The notes under the pieces: generated by a model
The model's database searches: none
Told to the model about the DNA's origin: nothing
The model's input: the letters and a program-made list of their open reading frames with translations, nothing else
Assembly: GCF_004010195.1 (NCBI RefSeq)
Contig: NC_057718.1
Span: 92,148,541 to 92,204,793 of the forward strand
Reading direction: 5' to 3'
Length of the DNA: 56,253 nucleotides
Source: Chiloscyllium plagiosum
Taxonomy: Eukaryota
Shown: positions 23,713 through 37,284 of the stretch, piece by piece
Position numbering within the stretch: position 1 is the first letter of the stretch
Layout of the letters: each line of letters begins with the position of its first letter
Position numbers and translations under genes: made by a program

Positions 23713-25159
23713 TAAAAGCCTCTTATGGACCTTATGGTAGGCCTTTTGATCAAATTGTCTAAACCATGTTGCTTCTTTCAAATAATACTGGATAATCTTC
23801 ATGCTATTTAGCCATGTTCTATGTTTTGAACAAATACCTACCTATTTTCTTGTCTTTAAATTGTACAGAATTGAGAGGCAAAGCTAATAGGTCAACAGCA
23901 AATGGAGGTAAATTATACAGGAAGAAGGCAGTAGCACGCAGTGGGTAAAAGAGAATTTATAGTGTACAAAACTGCAGTTGGAAAGGTCATACTGCAACTG
24001 AGCACCTGTGGACTCAGTTTTCCTTTCCAGCAATCAGTGACAATACAGTCGCATTATCAGGCTGTTGTTATGGAGTTAGAATGGTTGGCTACCTTTTAAT
24101 TGAATCTCCTTTAACTATTTTAACACACAGGGTGTTGTGAATCTCCCCTCTGTTTAACTAACAGCTAGAGGAAAAGATATTCACACTGTGATTAGGGACC
24201 ATTATTGTAATGTGTGTGCAGGGCTGATTTAAGGAGACTTTGTATGTTCCTCAGGGGTGGGGAAGATGACAGCTGAAGAGAGCACTTTAAAGACCCCCCT
24301 CTAATTTATTTACTCATTACAGATGACTGCTGAATTGAATGCTTATTACCATGCTTACATGGCTTACATTGCTTGTGTTTAATACTTGACAACCTGTCCC
24401 ATTTGAGTTGGCACATAATAAAGGCACTGGAATTATAATGGGACAAGATCCAGGCTTTATCTGTTGTTGAATTTCAGATTCCCAGCTGAAAACTGATGTT
24501 ATTTGACAATCACTTCACAGTGTTTGTGAAGAACTGGACTGTGACTAAATTGTATGCACTGTGACTGACAGCACTAATAACAGGTTAAAACTGATTTGTT
24601 TCATCAAAGCGTCTGCTTCTTCAACGATATAGTCTGCAACATAGAACGTGGTAGCTAGTAACTTAAAAAAAACAAGCTAAGTTCAAACCTATTGTTTTGA
24701 AGGACTCTGCCAACATTCCTCTTTATAATTTCAATTTTTTTGTTCTTATTATTTTGCATAGAAGATCCAGTTTTATACAATCAAATATTATTCCATTACT
24801 GGTATCTGGAAATTATAAAACGTCTGACAGAGTATCACAATTACTCCAGATTTCACTGAACTGCAGCCAATTGTCTTAGCATGGAATGACACAGGAATAT
24901 CAAACCAGCAGCAAAATTAATTAGTATTACCTGCAATTGAAACATTTTGAAAAAGCACTGAAATGTAAGATATTCTTAAAAGAACCATAAAAATAAAGCT
25001 TGTTGGTTGCGGCAGATTGCATGATCATGCCACAAGATCCTAAACAGCAAATAATGATTAAAATGATTAATGGTAGCCTGCAACAGGAGATTATCTTAAG
25101 TTGTTTTGTCTTTTTATTTTCCAATTCATCTCCCAAAATAATTAATGCAGTGTTATGTG

Positions 25160-25570
25160 AACAATTTCATTTTGTGCAGCAGCTTTAATACAGAGGAATT
25201 TTCCAAGGCGTTTCACAGAAAGACAAGGATGATGGAGCCAAACTAAAGATGTAAGATTTGGAAGGTTGATTGAACACTCAATCAAACAGATCAGTTTAAA
25301 GGAGAATTTTAGAGGAAGCGAAATGGAGAAGTGGGAAAGATTCATTAGGACAATCCAGGCAGTGAGATCCAGAGAGTTGCAGGTTTGTGGTAGGGCAGAG
25401 GTCCACAATAAGCCAGATATGTAGGAATGGAGAGCACTGAGTGGGTCTTATGGGGCTGGAGGAGGCTATGAAGACAGAAAGGGCTGACAAATTAAATGCA
25501 GGGATTGAAAATTTTAAAATGGGGGCATTGGGAAGCAGTGTAGATCAATATGAGGATGGAGACAATGGAT
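25160..25570 (-). mobile_element. L2-like LINE 3' end, degenerate
   Basis: 'gctttaatac..ttccaaggcgtttcacag' is the antisense L2-type tail; similar to 36495-37025. Confidence 0.55.
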
Positions 25571-25689
25571 AAGAAAGGTGGAGTTTGGAAAAGATTAACT
25601 ATTTCAATAGTGCAGGATTGGAGTTTGACTGGAAGAAGGCTGAAATCAGAAGTTGAAAGAAAAAATTGATTTTCAGCAGCAAGCATGCT

Positions 25690-26010
25690 TGGGGAATGCA
25701 ATGTTTTTGGAGGTGCTACCTTCAAATGAGATATTAAACCAAAGCATTATCAGTTCTTTATTGAGGATGTAAAAAATCTTATTCGAAGCAAAGCCAGGCA
25801 ATTATCCACCATGGCCTGGCCAATATTTGTGTCTCAATCAGTATCACTATAACAAAAGACCTGGTCATTGTCACATAACTTCTTGCAGGTACATGTGGTG
25901 TTCATGTCTGTTTCCTACATTATGAGAGTGACTACATAAAGTACCTGGTTGTCTGTGAAGTGGTTTGTCATGTCTTGAAGCTGCGAAAAGTAAAAAAGGA
26001 AATGAAGGTT
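25690..26010 (+). mobile_element. DeuSINE, degenerate
   Basis: 'cctggccaatatttgtgtctcaatcagtatcact..ctggtcattgtcacat..gtttcctacattatgagagtgactaca'. Confidence 0.7.
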
Positions 26011-26874
26011 CTTTATTTGTCCGTTCAGCCTGAAAGAGTGGCCAGAATTGTTGGTGAGGCCATAGGCCTAGATTTTATTTTTGTCTCAATAGAAAATCTC
26101 TCCTCTTGGGGTGGTAAAGGAGCAGAGGTCACATTTCATGCATGTTTCACGAGGTTAGCTACAAGTAGAAATTAACAATCGCCTCCATTCCTGTGTAATT
26201 CTGGTGGCATAGGTTCTTGAAATAAAAACTGCGCAGCGTAGCTTTTTAGAGAGGTAAAGTATTCTTTTGGATATGGTCTGAACACACCTTTGGAGGAGGT
26301 CCATGAACAGCTACTGCTGCTGCTCTGTCTGTCCTTTCTCCACCTCCATGCCAATGGAACCCCCAGCAAGATGACCATGCCCAAGCAATCCCTTAATTCT
26401 GGTTAATCCTATAAGATACAGTGCATAATATTCTCTTTAGCTGAGGTCCTCAGAGTTTCTCTGGGGAAGTGGGGACATTTTGAGACAGTATGCCAGAAAG
26501 CCACCTGTCAAATCTCAAAGTCCTCTTCAAGTGTTGTCTGGTCATCAAATCTTCAATAGCAAGTGAACTATGAAAGGTAGGTATAGCTACAAGTAGCATA
26601 ATGTAAATCCTCAGTAACAAATTGTTTTCTCCTATCTTACTGGTCAATGGTAGAGGATGTTGTTAATTGTGGTGTCAGCTAGATCAACGGTGTGCTCTTT
26701 AATGACCTCTGGCATTAATTGTCAATTAGAGCCTTAACAACCCTTGGGCCAGCCATTCCTAGTGTGTGTTTCAACATCTTTACAAAGATGTGTCTTATGT
26801 TAAAGATGAGTTACCTTGCTCACCTCAGGGACTTTTGATCACCTTTTGATCCAGGAAAAATCACCCCAAAGTCT

Positions 26875-27375
26875 TTCCACTTGCTCATAACAAAAGCCCT
26901 AAAACTGGAGATCAACCGTTTCAGTACTTGAAGATAAAAACTGGACACAATATTCAAAGTATAGTTTAATGAGGGCATTGCTCAGTTTTAACACTACATC
27001 CTCAGACTTATGTTGTTTGAGTATTTGGTTCAACATCCTATTAGTTTAGCTAATTGCTGCTGCACGTTGTTTAGGCATGTTGAATGTTGAGTCCACAAAG
27101 AAAGCTGCATCTCTTTCAGCTTAATCCTTAGATATTCATGGAGTATTCGTGACATTTATCTTTCCTTCCTTTGCACAGTAGCTTACTCTTGTCTGCATTA
27201 AATTTCATTTGTCAATACACTGTGCACTCATCACTCTCTGTCTGAGTTGTTTCATAACTTTCGATCTACCTCTTTCACTGCTTTTCTTAGTTTTGTATCA
27301 TTTGTACATTTGACCATGTTGTATCGTTTCCTGGTAATTTATATAAATTAGAAACAGTAACTGCACCAGTGCAGT
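26875..27375 (-). mobile_element. Very old CR1-like RT fragment
   Basis: 'aaaactggacacaatattcaaagtatagttt' (antisense LEYCVQF) and 'cattaaatttcatttgtca' (antisense W-QMKFN). Confidence 0.6.
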
Positions 27376-27774
27376 CTCTGACAATCTTCAGTACTTCAGC
27401 ACTCTGTACTCTAACAAAACTTCCTAGGCCTGGATCTTTACCATGATAACGAACTTTCCACTTGCTTCACCCTGGAGACTGAGGGGTCATCTTATAGGGG
27501 TTTATAAACTCATGAGGGGTGGATGGGGTGAATAGCCAAGGTCTTTTTTCCCAGGGTTAGATGAGAGGGGAAATATTTAAAAGGGACCTGAAGGGCAACT
27601 TTTCACGCAGAGAGTGGTGCATGTGTACAAAAAGCTGCCGGAGGAATTGGTGGAGGCTGGTACAATTACAACATTTAAGCAATATCTGGATGGGCACATG
27701 AATAGGAAGGGGTTAAAGGGATAATGGCCAAATACTGGCAAATGGGACTAGATTGTTTAGGATATTTGTTTAGA

Positions 27775-28066
27775 GGAGAAAGTGAGGGCTGCAGATGCTG
27801 GAGATCAGAGCTGAAAATGTGTTGCTGGAAAAGCGCAGCAGGTCAGGCAGCATCCAAGGAACAGGAGAATCGACGTTTCGGGCATAAGCCCTTCTTCAGG
27901 AATGAGGAAAGTGTGTCCAGCAGGCTAAGATAAAAGATAGGGAGGAGGGACTTGGGGAGGGGCTTTGGAAATGCGATAGGTGGAGGGAGGTTAAGGTGAG
28001 GGTGATAGGCCGGAGTGGGGTGGCGGGCGGAGAGGTCAGGAAGATGATTGCAGGTTAGGAAGGCGG
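27775..28066 (-). mobile_element. Penelope-like element 3' terminus
   Basis: pLTR plus purine-rich (+ strand) UTR similar in layout to 54419-54700. Confidence 0.85.
27872..27899 (-). ncRNA. Minimal hammerhead ribozyme core
   Basis: Minus strand CUGAAGA-A-GGGC-UUAU-GCCC-GAAAC-GUC. Confidence 0.75.
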
Positions 28067-29559
28067 TGGCATGGACAAGTTGGATCGAAGGGTCTTATAT
28101 TGGACTGACTGCCAGATTTGCCAAAATTAACTGTCAAAAGCATTAATAACAACTGACAGATGGACAGATCAAATGCCTTGAGGGGACATGCCAAAAGTGT
28201 CAAGGGCACCTGTCAGAAGTGACTGTCAAAAGGAGTTGTCTAGCTGCCAAGGCATTTAAATTCCTCACCCTTTAGAAAATTGAAAATATGTTTGGGCCTT
28301 AAGAAAAAAAAAGATTTCTTGCTATTTCATTCTGTTGACATAGACCTCTGGATTTTTCAGTCTACATTGCTGAAGATTTACTGACCGCACAGTCATTTCT
28401 TATCACAGCAAGGTGCCTGCCCTTTCACAATTTATTAAACAGCTCCAAATGGTTAATGGACTCCTTGAAGTGGGATCACAATTGAATTGCTTATTGTTGT
28501 AAGGGGTATGGGATAATGGAGTGTAATGTTTGCCATTTGTAGTTAAAGGAATATAAATGTAATAAATTAGTTTTTATAAATAAGTGCATTTCTCAGTATA
28601 TAGACACTTGGAATGTTCGGGAATAAAACTTTATTTTCTCATTTCTGTACTGGTCCTGAGGTCTGTCCATGTTGGATACAAAGTGAGTTGCAATTGTAGG
28701 TATAAGGGCAAAGGGTTGCTTGTGTCGGGACAATCGGTTTGTATGAGTCACTGCTAAAAATGGTATATGGCCACAGGTTGCCTTGGCAAGTATGAGGGCC
28801 ATGAGGTTTGAATACAGAGCGATAGGTTCACACAGGGACTAAAATGGAAGATGGGTGAAGAGCTTAACATGAACGGGTTGGCATGGATGAGGATTGGGAG
28901 TTGTGAGGAAGGTTGTTGTGAGGGGTGAGGGCTGATTTATATTGTTTTTATTAATTCAATATAGTACCAGGGTACAAAAGTAAGCCACCTATCCAACCCA
29001 CCTCCACAGCTAATATCCTCCATTCTCAGACTAGGGACCCATCCTCCCACTTCCAAGATAGCCTACTCCCCCAGACTGAAACTCTGATAGATGGGCAGCC
29101 AGTTTGATGGTCAGATTTGTAGAACCTGTAATTCTCAGGACTCAGTGTATCTGACTTACTGGTCCCCCGTTTCCTACTCTTCAGTCAGATTTTTTTTTAA
29201 ACTCTGAATCCCTCACTTTGACTGTAGCCTTGTATAAACCAAATATTCACCATATTCTAAGGTTTTCTAAAGACTACCTGGTTTGTTCCATCCTCAAACA
29301 GAATATTGATCAAACAGGATTATCTCCTACTTGAATCTATGTTGACTTGATGATGGCTGTTATTGTTTTACAGTTACTCCCTAAGTTTACCTCCAATGAT
29401 AAATTCTATTATTTTACATGGCATGGTGCCAAGATTATTGAATCTGTAGTTTCTTGTGTCTGTTCTGTCACATGGATACTCTTCTCACCAATGAACTGTT
29501 GCCTCCACAGAGCGTTATGACTCTCTGAGACTGGGTGCCGGTATTTGACAGAGCTCCTC

Positions 29560-30755
29560 CCTTGCTTTATTGTGTTTTATGTGAACTCTTAAACTTAAGA
29601 TTTTGTCACAAAATCTCTCCCCTTCTTTAAACTGTTCCTTCTACCTATATCTTTGGAGAAGTTTTGGGTTACATGTCCTAATGTTTCCTTCTGTGGCTCC
29701 ATGACAGATTAAAGCACTTAGAGTCATAGAGTCATAGAGATGTACAGCATGGAAACAGACCTTTCAGTCCAGCCCATCCATGCCGACCAGATATCCCAAC
29801 CCAATCTAGTTCCACTTGCCAGCACCTGGCCCATATCCCTCCAAACCCTTCCTATTCATATACCCATCCAAATGCCTCTTAAATGTTGCAATTGTACCAG
29901 CCTCCACCACTTCCTCTGGCAGCTCATTCCATACCCGTACCACCCTATGTGTGAAAAAGTTGCTCCGTAGGTCTCTTTTATATCTTTCCCCTCTCACCCT
30001 AAACCTATGCCCTCTAGCTCTGGACTCCCCGATCCCAGAGAAAATACTTTGCCTATTTACCCTATCCCTCCCCCTCATAATTTTGTAAACCTCTATAAGA
30101 TCACCCCTCAGCCTCCGACACTTCAGGGAGAACAGCCCCAGCCTGTTCAGCCTCTCCCTATAGCTCAAATCTTCCAACCCTGGCAACATCCTTGTAAATC
30201 TTTTCTGAACCCTTTCAAGTTTCACAACATCTTTCTGATAGGAAGGAAATCAGAATTGCATGCAATATTCCAACAGTGGCCTAACCAATGTCCTTTACAG
30301 CCGCAACATGACCTCCCAACTCCTGTACTCAATACTCTGACCAATAAAGGAAAGCATACCAAACGCCTTCTTCACTCTCCTATCTACCTGTGACTCCACT
30401 TTCAAGGAGCTATGAATCTGCATTCCAAGGTCTCTTTGTTCAGCAGCACTCCCTAGGACCTTGCCATTAAGTGTAGAAGTCCTGCTAAGATTTGCTTTCC
30501 CAAAATGCAGCACCTTGCATTTCTCCGAATTAAACTCCATCTGCCACTTCTCAGCCTATTGGCCCATCTGGTCAAGATCCTGTTGTAAACTGAGGTAACC
30601 CTCTTCGCTGTCCACTACACCTCCAATTTTGGTGTCATCAGCAAACTTACTAACTGTACCTCTAATGCTCGCATCCAAATCATTTAAATAACTGACATAG
30701 AATGTTTTATGATGTTAAAGGCACTATAGAAATGCAGGTTGTTATGATGATGATG
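29560..30755 (+). mobile_element. L2-like LINE 3' end split by a CR1 insertion
   Basis: Tail halves '..aaagcactt' (about 29718) and 'gaatgttttatgatgttaaaggcactatagaaatgcaggttgtt' (about 30700) join into an L2-type terminus. Confidence 0.55.
29719..30690 (-). mobile_element. CR1 (HER1-type) LINE 3' 1 kb, relatively young
   Basis: ORFs 30295..30540(-) and 29806..30225(-) 'LERVQKRFTRMLPGLE..RRLRGDLIEVYKIM..FFTHRVVRVWNELP'; (catagagt)n tail. Confidence 0.95.
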
Positions 30756-30844
30756 AAGAGAAGCTTCTTGACAAAACTACTGAAGATGGCGGTACCAAAT
30801 CTCTTCCCTGAGATGTGCTGACCGAGATGAAACCCTCCCTCAGA

Positions 30845-30965
30845 ACTCGAACTGAAACATTAACTCTGATTTCTCTCCACAGATGCTGCCAGACCTGCTG
30901 AGCTTTTTCAGCAATTTCTGTTTTCGTTTCTGACCTATAGCATCTGCAGTTCTTTCGGTTTTTAC
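30845..30965 (+). mobile_element. Penelope-pLTR-derived fragment
   Basis: 'gaaacattaactctgatttctctccacagatgctgccagacctgctgag' matches the right arm of 2504-2740. Confidence 0.75.
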
Positions 30966-31479
30966 TGACGAAAAGGAGTTTGATTTGATGTACAAGTAAG
31001 CACTGTCGTGCAGTCTTCAGCCTTGCACCAGGGATATTGTCAGTGATCATAGCCTTTCCTCTGGCAATTGCAATCAGCCATGACCTGCAGAGAATTGAAT
31101 TGACTAAATGTTAGAAGTTACGAAGACGTGGACAATGTTCGCTCCAGCTCTTGAGGTGCCTGTGCATACTTCTGAATAGCCTGAGTACATTTGAGCCAGA
31201 ATATCCATTTAGCAGAAGTCATATTGCAACTTTTTCATCATGTGTTTGCTAACTATTAAACGTGTACATTTATATTCTTTTACGATTACAGGTATTCTGA
31301 AATAAAAAGAATTTATAAATGTAAACATTTTAAAGTAACTGTATGACAAGTATTTAGCAATATGCAGCTTCAAGCTCCGTGGTGGGAAGTTTGAACTCAA
31401 TTGTTCAGTTCTAAATTCTGGGACCCATTTAATGATGGGACTATGTACACCAGCTATACTACGTGGCCAAAAGATGACA

Positions 31480-32800
31480 GTAGAATTTTTTTTCTCTCCT
31501 TTGTTGGCAGCTTTTTGCACTTGCCTTTATTTTCTTTCCAATGATTCTATACCGCATCTAGGTTGACATTTTGTCAAACTGAAACGTACGACTTCATTCA
31601 CACCAAGTTGTCCAAGTGATTTATTTCTAATCTATTTCTGGATTTACAGTTAATCGAGTTCATGAGGCTAAATCCACACTCACAGTCAGCACTTGATGCC
31701 TGAAATGTCGCACAAATGAAGAATTTCTTGAAACTGCTCATCTCGTGGGCCAGAGACCTCCAAATCATTGAATGTCTGAATTGAGCCAGTCTTGACTTTT
31801 TCCACAGCCACAATTTTGAATTCGGAGTATTGTCCACATATCTTTGTGGCCAGACTTTGTTCATAGTTTGGTATAAGAGTGGACTATCTTGATACCAATT
31901 GCACCACACAGTCTTTTCCAAATTCATAATTGGTTGTCTTAGTGATTATAGCCTGATCAAAATCATGCCATTCCAACAACTCTTCTTCTGCAAATCTAAT
32001 ATCCAGGTGGTCACATAGCTGTTGAATAAAGTGAAGAATTGTACAATGTCAACGTGACTACCTCAAGCAGTCAGAACATTCTTAACTTCATAATTCCAAT
32101 AGAAGTGTTTAGATAGTTACTGAATCTTCAGTTTATTAACCTTGGCCTTTGCAAACTTCATAGCGTCAATTTTCAACAAACAGCTTATTTACAAGAATTT
32201 GCACAGAGCCGTCAGTTCAACTAGAACATCATTGAGAGTTGTGAATGCAACATGGCTTTCTGAATAAGTTCAGGCAATATTTATTGTTGGATCATTGCAC
32301 TTATTAATTTGCTCTGTGCAATAGTCGATCAGGACATTGCAGTTCACATTAGTGCACTCTACAAAGTGTTTGGACAGGCACCTCACTTAATCCAGAGGTT
32401 GAAATGCCACTACATCACACTCTGTGAATTTGGCAAATTCTTCAAATTTGCCTTTCATCACAGTTAACCTGCTGAACACAGTATACATTGCTCTTAGAAG
32501 CGTTTTAATATTTTGCATAACTGAGACCTGTCTCCAAGCATAATCTATTCCCAGATCCTGTCTGTGAGCGATGCAGTGCTATTCTGACAAATATTTGATT
32601 CCACATTGCAACACTGCTACTTTCCTATTTTTCTTTCTGAGCATAACATACGTTCTAACCAATGTAAACATCACCATCTTCTGTAAGTCAAGGTCACTGT
32701 TAACATAAAATCACTTGATTGCTGTCACAATGAAGACACTGTCACAGGCAGTTGAGTTCAAAATTCCTGCGAAGACAGTTTTGTAAACACTTTAAGATCC
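31480..32800 (-). mobile_element. hAT-superfamily transposase fossil (ZNF862/KIAA1586-like branch)
   Basis: Minus strand encodes the CxxH motif 'HCIAHRQDL' (32553-32578) and the C-terminal dimerisation motif 'ASSADCECGFSLMNSI..KSRNRLEINHLDNL'; multiple frameshifts; TIRs not identified. Confidence 0.85.
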
Positions 32801-33146
32801 TGGTCAAATCTAGAACCACTAATGATAGGTTTACAGCTGATTGTTTTGGCCAAATTATCAGAGAGCAACTGGCACCTATAGAGCTCAACATCTTCAGGTA
32901 AGGGGTTTGTAGGGGTGGGTGAGCAATAGTGGGACTTACCTGAGTTTTTGATTTAGATTGGTTTATTCATATGTATGTCCAGGTAACGTTTTAAAATGAT
33001 GCAACAGTTTAATAGCTGAGTGCGTAACAACTGCATGGGAGTTTGTCACTACAACTATGTAAAATCAACCTTTCAAACATTTTGAATCTGGGATTGACAC
33101 GGTGGCTCAAACCTTTCAGTTTTCATCCTTGCCAACCCATGCCAAA

Positions 33147-33502
33147 GGATGGCACTATGTCTCAGTGGTTAGCACTGCTGCCTCACAGCGCCAGGGACCT
33201 GGGTTTTCTCCAGCCTCTGGCTTTTGTCTGTGTGGAGTTTGCATATTCACCCCGTGCCTGCATGGGTTTTCTCCGGATGCCTCAGTTTCCTCCCACAGTC
33301 CAAAGATGTGCAGGTTAGGTGGATTGGCCACACTAAATTGCCCAAAGTATCCAGGGGTGTGCAGTCTTGATGGATTAGCCACGGAAATGCAGGGTTATAA
33401 GGATAAGGGAGGCGGTTGGGTCTGGGTGGGATGCTCTTTGGCGGGTCAGTGTGGATTCGATGGGCCAAATGGGCTGCTTCCACACTGTAGGGATTCTACG
33501 AT
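33147..33502 (+). mobile_element. HE1-type V-SINE
   Basis: 'cagtggttagcactgctgcctcacagcgccagggacc..tgtgtggagtttgca..tttcctcccacagtccaaagatgtgcaggttagg'. Confidence 0.9.
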
Positions 33503-36494
33503 CTTCTTAAACACATATCAGTAAAGAAGAAAGAGGGTTAATGCTTTGCTAGCATTTAAAGTTCCAAAGTGGGTTGATGAAACTTGAAGCATTCACAGGA
33601 ATGCTTTCTCTATTGAAAGGCACGCAGCAAGGTGGATAACATGGTGCTGCACCAATGTGAAGACAATGCAGCTGTCAAAACAAAACACACAGCATCGTCC
33701 TGCCACTTGCCAGCTAGCACTGGTGTGTAAGAACAGTTTGACTCGAGAAAAAAGGATTTTGTCAAGGGGATATGCCTGAACTTTGCTTATTCTCTTGGCA
33801 TAGTGAATACAATCAGAACCTCAACATCGGGAGAATTTTAGACTCTCAGTCATTTCATTGGGCAAGCTAGCAGATTACAAAACTTTGTATGGGAAGTTTT
33901 TAATGTTGAGAAATTGATGCTCAACATCTAACATCCTAACATTAAAAGGTAGCCAACTGAGGTAAGGCGCTGTATGTGCTTACAAGCACAGATGGATTTA
34001 CTGCAACCTGGAAGGATGCTCAGCTAACTATATGACCCTGGCCTGCCAGGTGCATATTACAATCCACAGAGCCGAGCACAAGGCTGGTATCTGCAATATT
34101 ACTGCTGACTTAATCTGTTTGAATTAGAATAATCCTCTCAATGGGCCCTTGTAGCAGCTATGGAATAGCATGTTTAAGCAACACGTTTGTGAAAAAAAAG
34201 TGTTTTTACACCAATTCTCAATTAGCGAAAGTGTTATAAACAAATGTATGTTTACATTAACTAGAATGACATATCGGAGCGTTAGAACAAATGGCTGCTG
34301 TTGTATTTTGTTGAAATGAAAATATGACATTTGTACTGAATCCTTCGAGCTCATGCACCGTTTGTTTTACTCATCGGCTGGACTCAGCTCCTTTACAGCT
34401 TATGCACTGCGTTTGAGCTGGTGAAGAAATCTTAACCTCTTTGATAATGTTTGTGAGGGATAAGAAGCTGAAAGCTCCATTTATCATCACTTGTGTGGGC
34501 AGCGTTACCAAGGCAACGCTCAGACTGGCAAATGCCATTGCTTCGAATACTAATGAAGCACTGGCAAGACTGTTGGTGGTATTGGCAGTGATTGTTGTGC
34601 TTGGGGTGTGAAAAGCTGGCTGGAGATAAACTGAATGTTTTAGATTTTTTTTCTCTCTCTGCTGTGTCTAATCTTAAAGCAACACCTTTTAAAGAACAAA
34701 ACGTGTTCCATTTTAATCCTCCCAGCAATGTACAACAGGCACTGTAATCTCCAACACAGCAACATCATTTAGTAAACAAATTTATGCTGTTCAGCTGTGT
34801 TACACATTGACAAAAAGTTCAGTAAGAGTAGCAGAGCAATGGCAATAAAGTAAAATGCAAATATAGGCTGAAGCACAACAGCTTCTCACAGCTGTAAATT
34901 TGATGAGAAAATCTAATTAAATTCTGCTGGATGGTCTTCTTTTATTTTGACCTTTGCACTCCATGAACTTTTCTATTCAGTCAAGTACAATCATAGAAAG
35001 AACTTCTGTAATAACGATTGTAAAGATCTTTTGTCCAAAGTGCTCTTTGGTTGCATTATGCTCAAGCAATCTCAAACATAACTTTAAACGTAAATGTCCT
35101 AACGTATATATATATATCAAATTTAAAATAAGACGTGGGACAAATTGTTCTGGAAAAGTCAATTAAAAAATCCTATTTTTGTTTTTTTAATAGCAATATT
35201 GAATTTTTAAAATAGCAATATAGAAAAGGTAATCTTAGAATGTTTTTGACAAAGAAAGCAGCATTCATTTAAACATCATGAAATGTTCATAAGCTGACTT
35301 TATATATCATTTGTTCCCAAAGAGGTTGATCTGAGTTTAATAAAAGCCTGAATTTTCTCGGAAAGCAGGAATTTGTTTGAATCTGCAGTTTTGTGTTTGA
35401 AAACAGTTGATATATATGTGAATTGGAGCTTTAGTGTTTTTCAACAAAATATGCTTTCCCTTCACATCCCGCAAAGTTGCTGCCTGTCAAATGAAGAGAA
35501 ATAGAGATTGCAAAGTTAACATTTTTGCCTTTAGTAAGAAAAATAAGTGGCTAAGTTGGGTGAATGTACTACCAAGCTGTGGAGCCAAAAACAGGCACTC
35601 GATTTGACCTGAAGCCCTTGTTGAATTTGCTGATCCACATATGGGTAGTACTGGCACATCACATTTGGCATTAAGATTTTTGGGATGGGACAATCAGCCA
35701 GGGATCCAGCCGTCCAGTGACCTCTGCTGGAGAGTGAGCAGGTTGAGACTGGAACAGGTTCATATACACTGGTTACCTTGGTCAAACCACCTGCAAACAT
35801 TCACCTGTCTGGTTGTGCATCTGAATGGCTACCTGACACCAAAATGGAGAGCATTGGAAAAATAAGCAACATATCATTAAAAACAAAGGCAATGAAAAAG
35901 ACATAATTATACCAATATTGATGTCTATCAATCACGTGGAGTTGAGCTATGATTAATAGGGTTCATGTGGGATCTCAATACAACTGAATCAAAATCTGGG
36001 GTACTTTCAAGATTTGACTCTACGGTTATGACTAAATTCACTACTGTACATACTGATACTGGATATGTGACAGGGACTTATGAAGTCTGCAATCTAATTG
36101 AGGGTTTCAGATTATGTCAAAAATGATACATGTGAATCTTAAGTTATTTCAACCATGTTGTGAAGCCTAAGATTGGATTAGTCTTGAACTCAACTATTTA
36201 TTCATATAAATAGGACATATTATGATCTCAACTGTTCTTGGGTATTTGGATTCCATTTTCTGCCATGTGAATTCCATTTTTCTCTGTGGAATAAAAGGAA
36301 GTCTACTTGGCTGTTAGCGGTTGTGCTGTACGTAGGCACATGCTGACTGTGTATGTGGACTGGTTACCGCACCTTTTCCAGGGCAAGCCAGTTTTGATGG
36401 GAACAAGACAGACAGCAATCACAAAATCATCTTTTCCTTCTCTCCACTGCCTCTCAGCTCATTGCAAAACACATAACCTCTTCAAAGCATCTCT

Positions 36495-37025
36495 CAACAA
36501 TAATAACTTATTTATTTATATCGCACTTTAATACAATAACATATCTTAAGATGTTTCACTGGAGTATTATAAAACACTGAGCCACATTAGGGAATATTAA
36601 GGGAGACGCTTGGTCAGCATAGTAGGTTTTAACAACTTTTAATCAACAAAGAATGCAAGGGATACTTGGGGAGGGAGGCAAGCTAGAATACGAAGTTAAG
36701 TTCACTCTCAGATCTGCCATGATTTTATTGAATGGTGAAGCAGCCCCGTGGGGCTAAGTAGCCCACTCCAGCTCTTAAGAACTTTACTGAAAAATGAAGT
36801 AGAGAGGCAGAGAGCTTCAGATAGGGAACTCTACGGCTTAGGGTCTGGGCAGCTGAAAGCACGACCACCAATGGGGGAGGAATTAAAGCCAGGGATCCTG
36901 AAAAGTTCAGAATTAGAAGAGTACAGATATTTTGGAGTTATGGAAAATGATGGAGATATTGGAGGGAAAGGCTTTGGAGGAAGTTGAAAAGAAGGATGAG
37001 AATTTTAAAGCTAAGACCCTTTGTC
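36495..37025 (-). mobile_element. L2-like LINE 3' end containing a short + strand CR1 tail (about 36640-36775)
   Basis: 'caacaataataacttatatttatatcgcactttaa' is an antisense L2-type tail; embedded 'tctgccatgattttattgaatggtgaagcag' is CR1 UTR. Confidence 0.55.
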
Positions 37026-37284
37026 ATTAAGGACTAAAACACAAGCTGAACCATAAATGCTGATTGCAGTTTACTGCAGGTTTGTGCTCTGATGAGAACT
37101 AATGATAAATATTATGTGCTTAATGCATAAAGATATTTATCAAAGTTTGTACAGAGAGACTTGGTTATATCTGCTTTTATTAAACTGGCTATAAGCATGA
37201 CTACCCAGAGTGCTATATGGTAGAGGTCACATGATGACAGCAAGCCAGAAGGTACATTACTACAGTATTGCATTCCGTTCTGAA

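Larger units (their letters stand above)
27470..28095 (+). mobile_element. CR1 LINE 3' end split by a Penelope fragment
   Basis: 'gggcaacttttcacgcagagagtggtgcatgtg..ggaggctggtacaattac'; the UTR resumes at about 28066 with 'ggcatggacaagttggatcgaagggtct'. Confidence 0.85.

Noticed and set aside
24131..24143. 13-nt match to part of miR-138 (ggtgttgtgaatc)
   Set aside because: The seed and 3' end do not match and no precursor hairpin is evident
35487..35865. Overlapping ORFs on both strands in unique DNA
   Set aside because: No recognisable domain or convincing splice-site pair; lengths are within chance expectation
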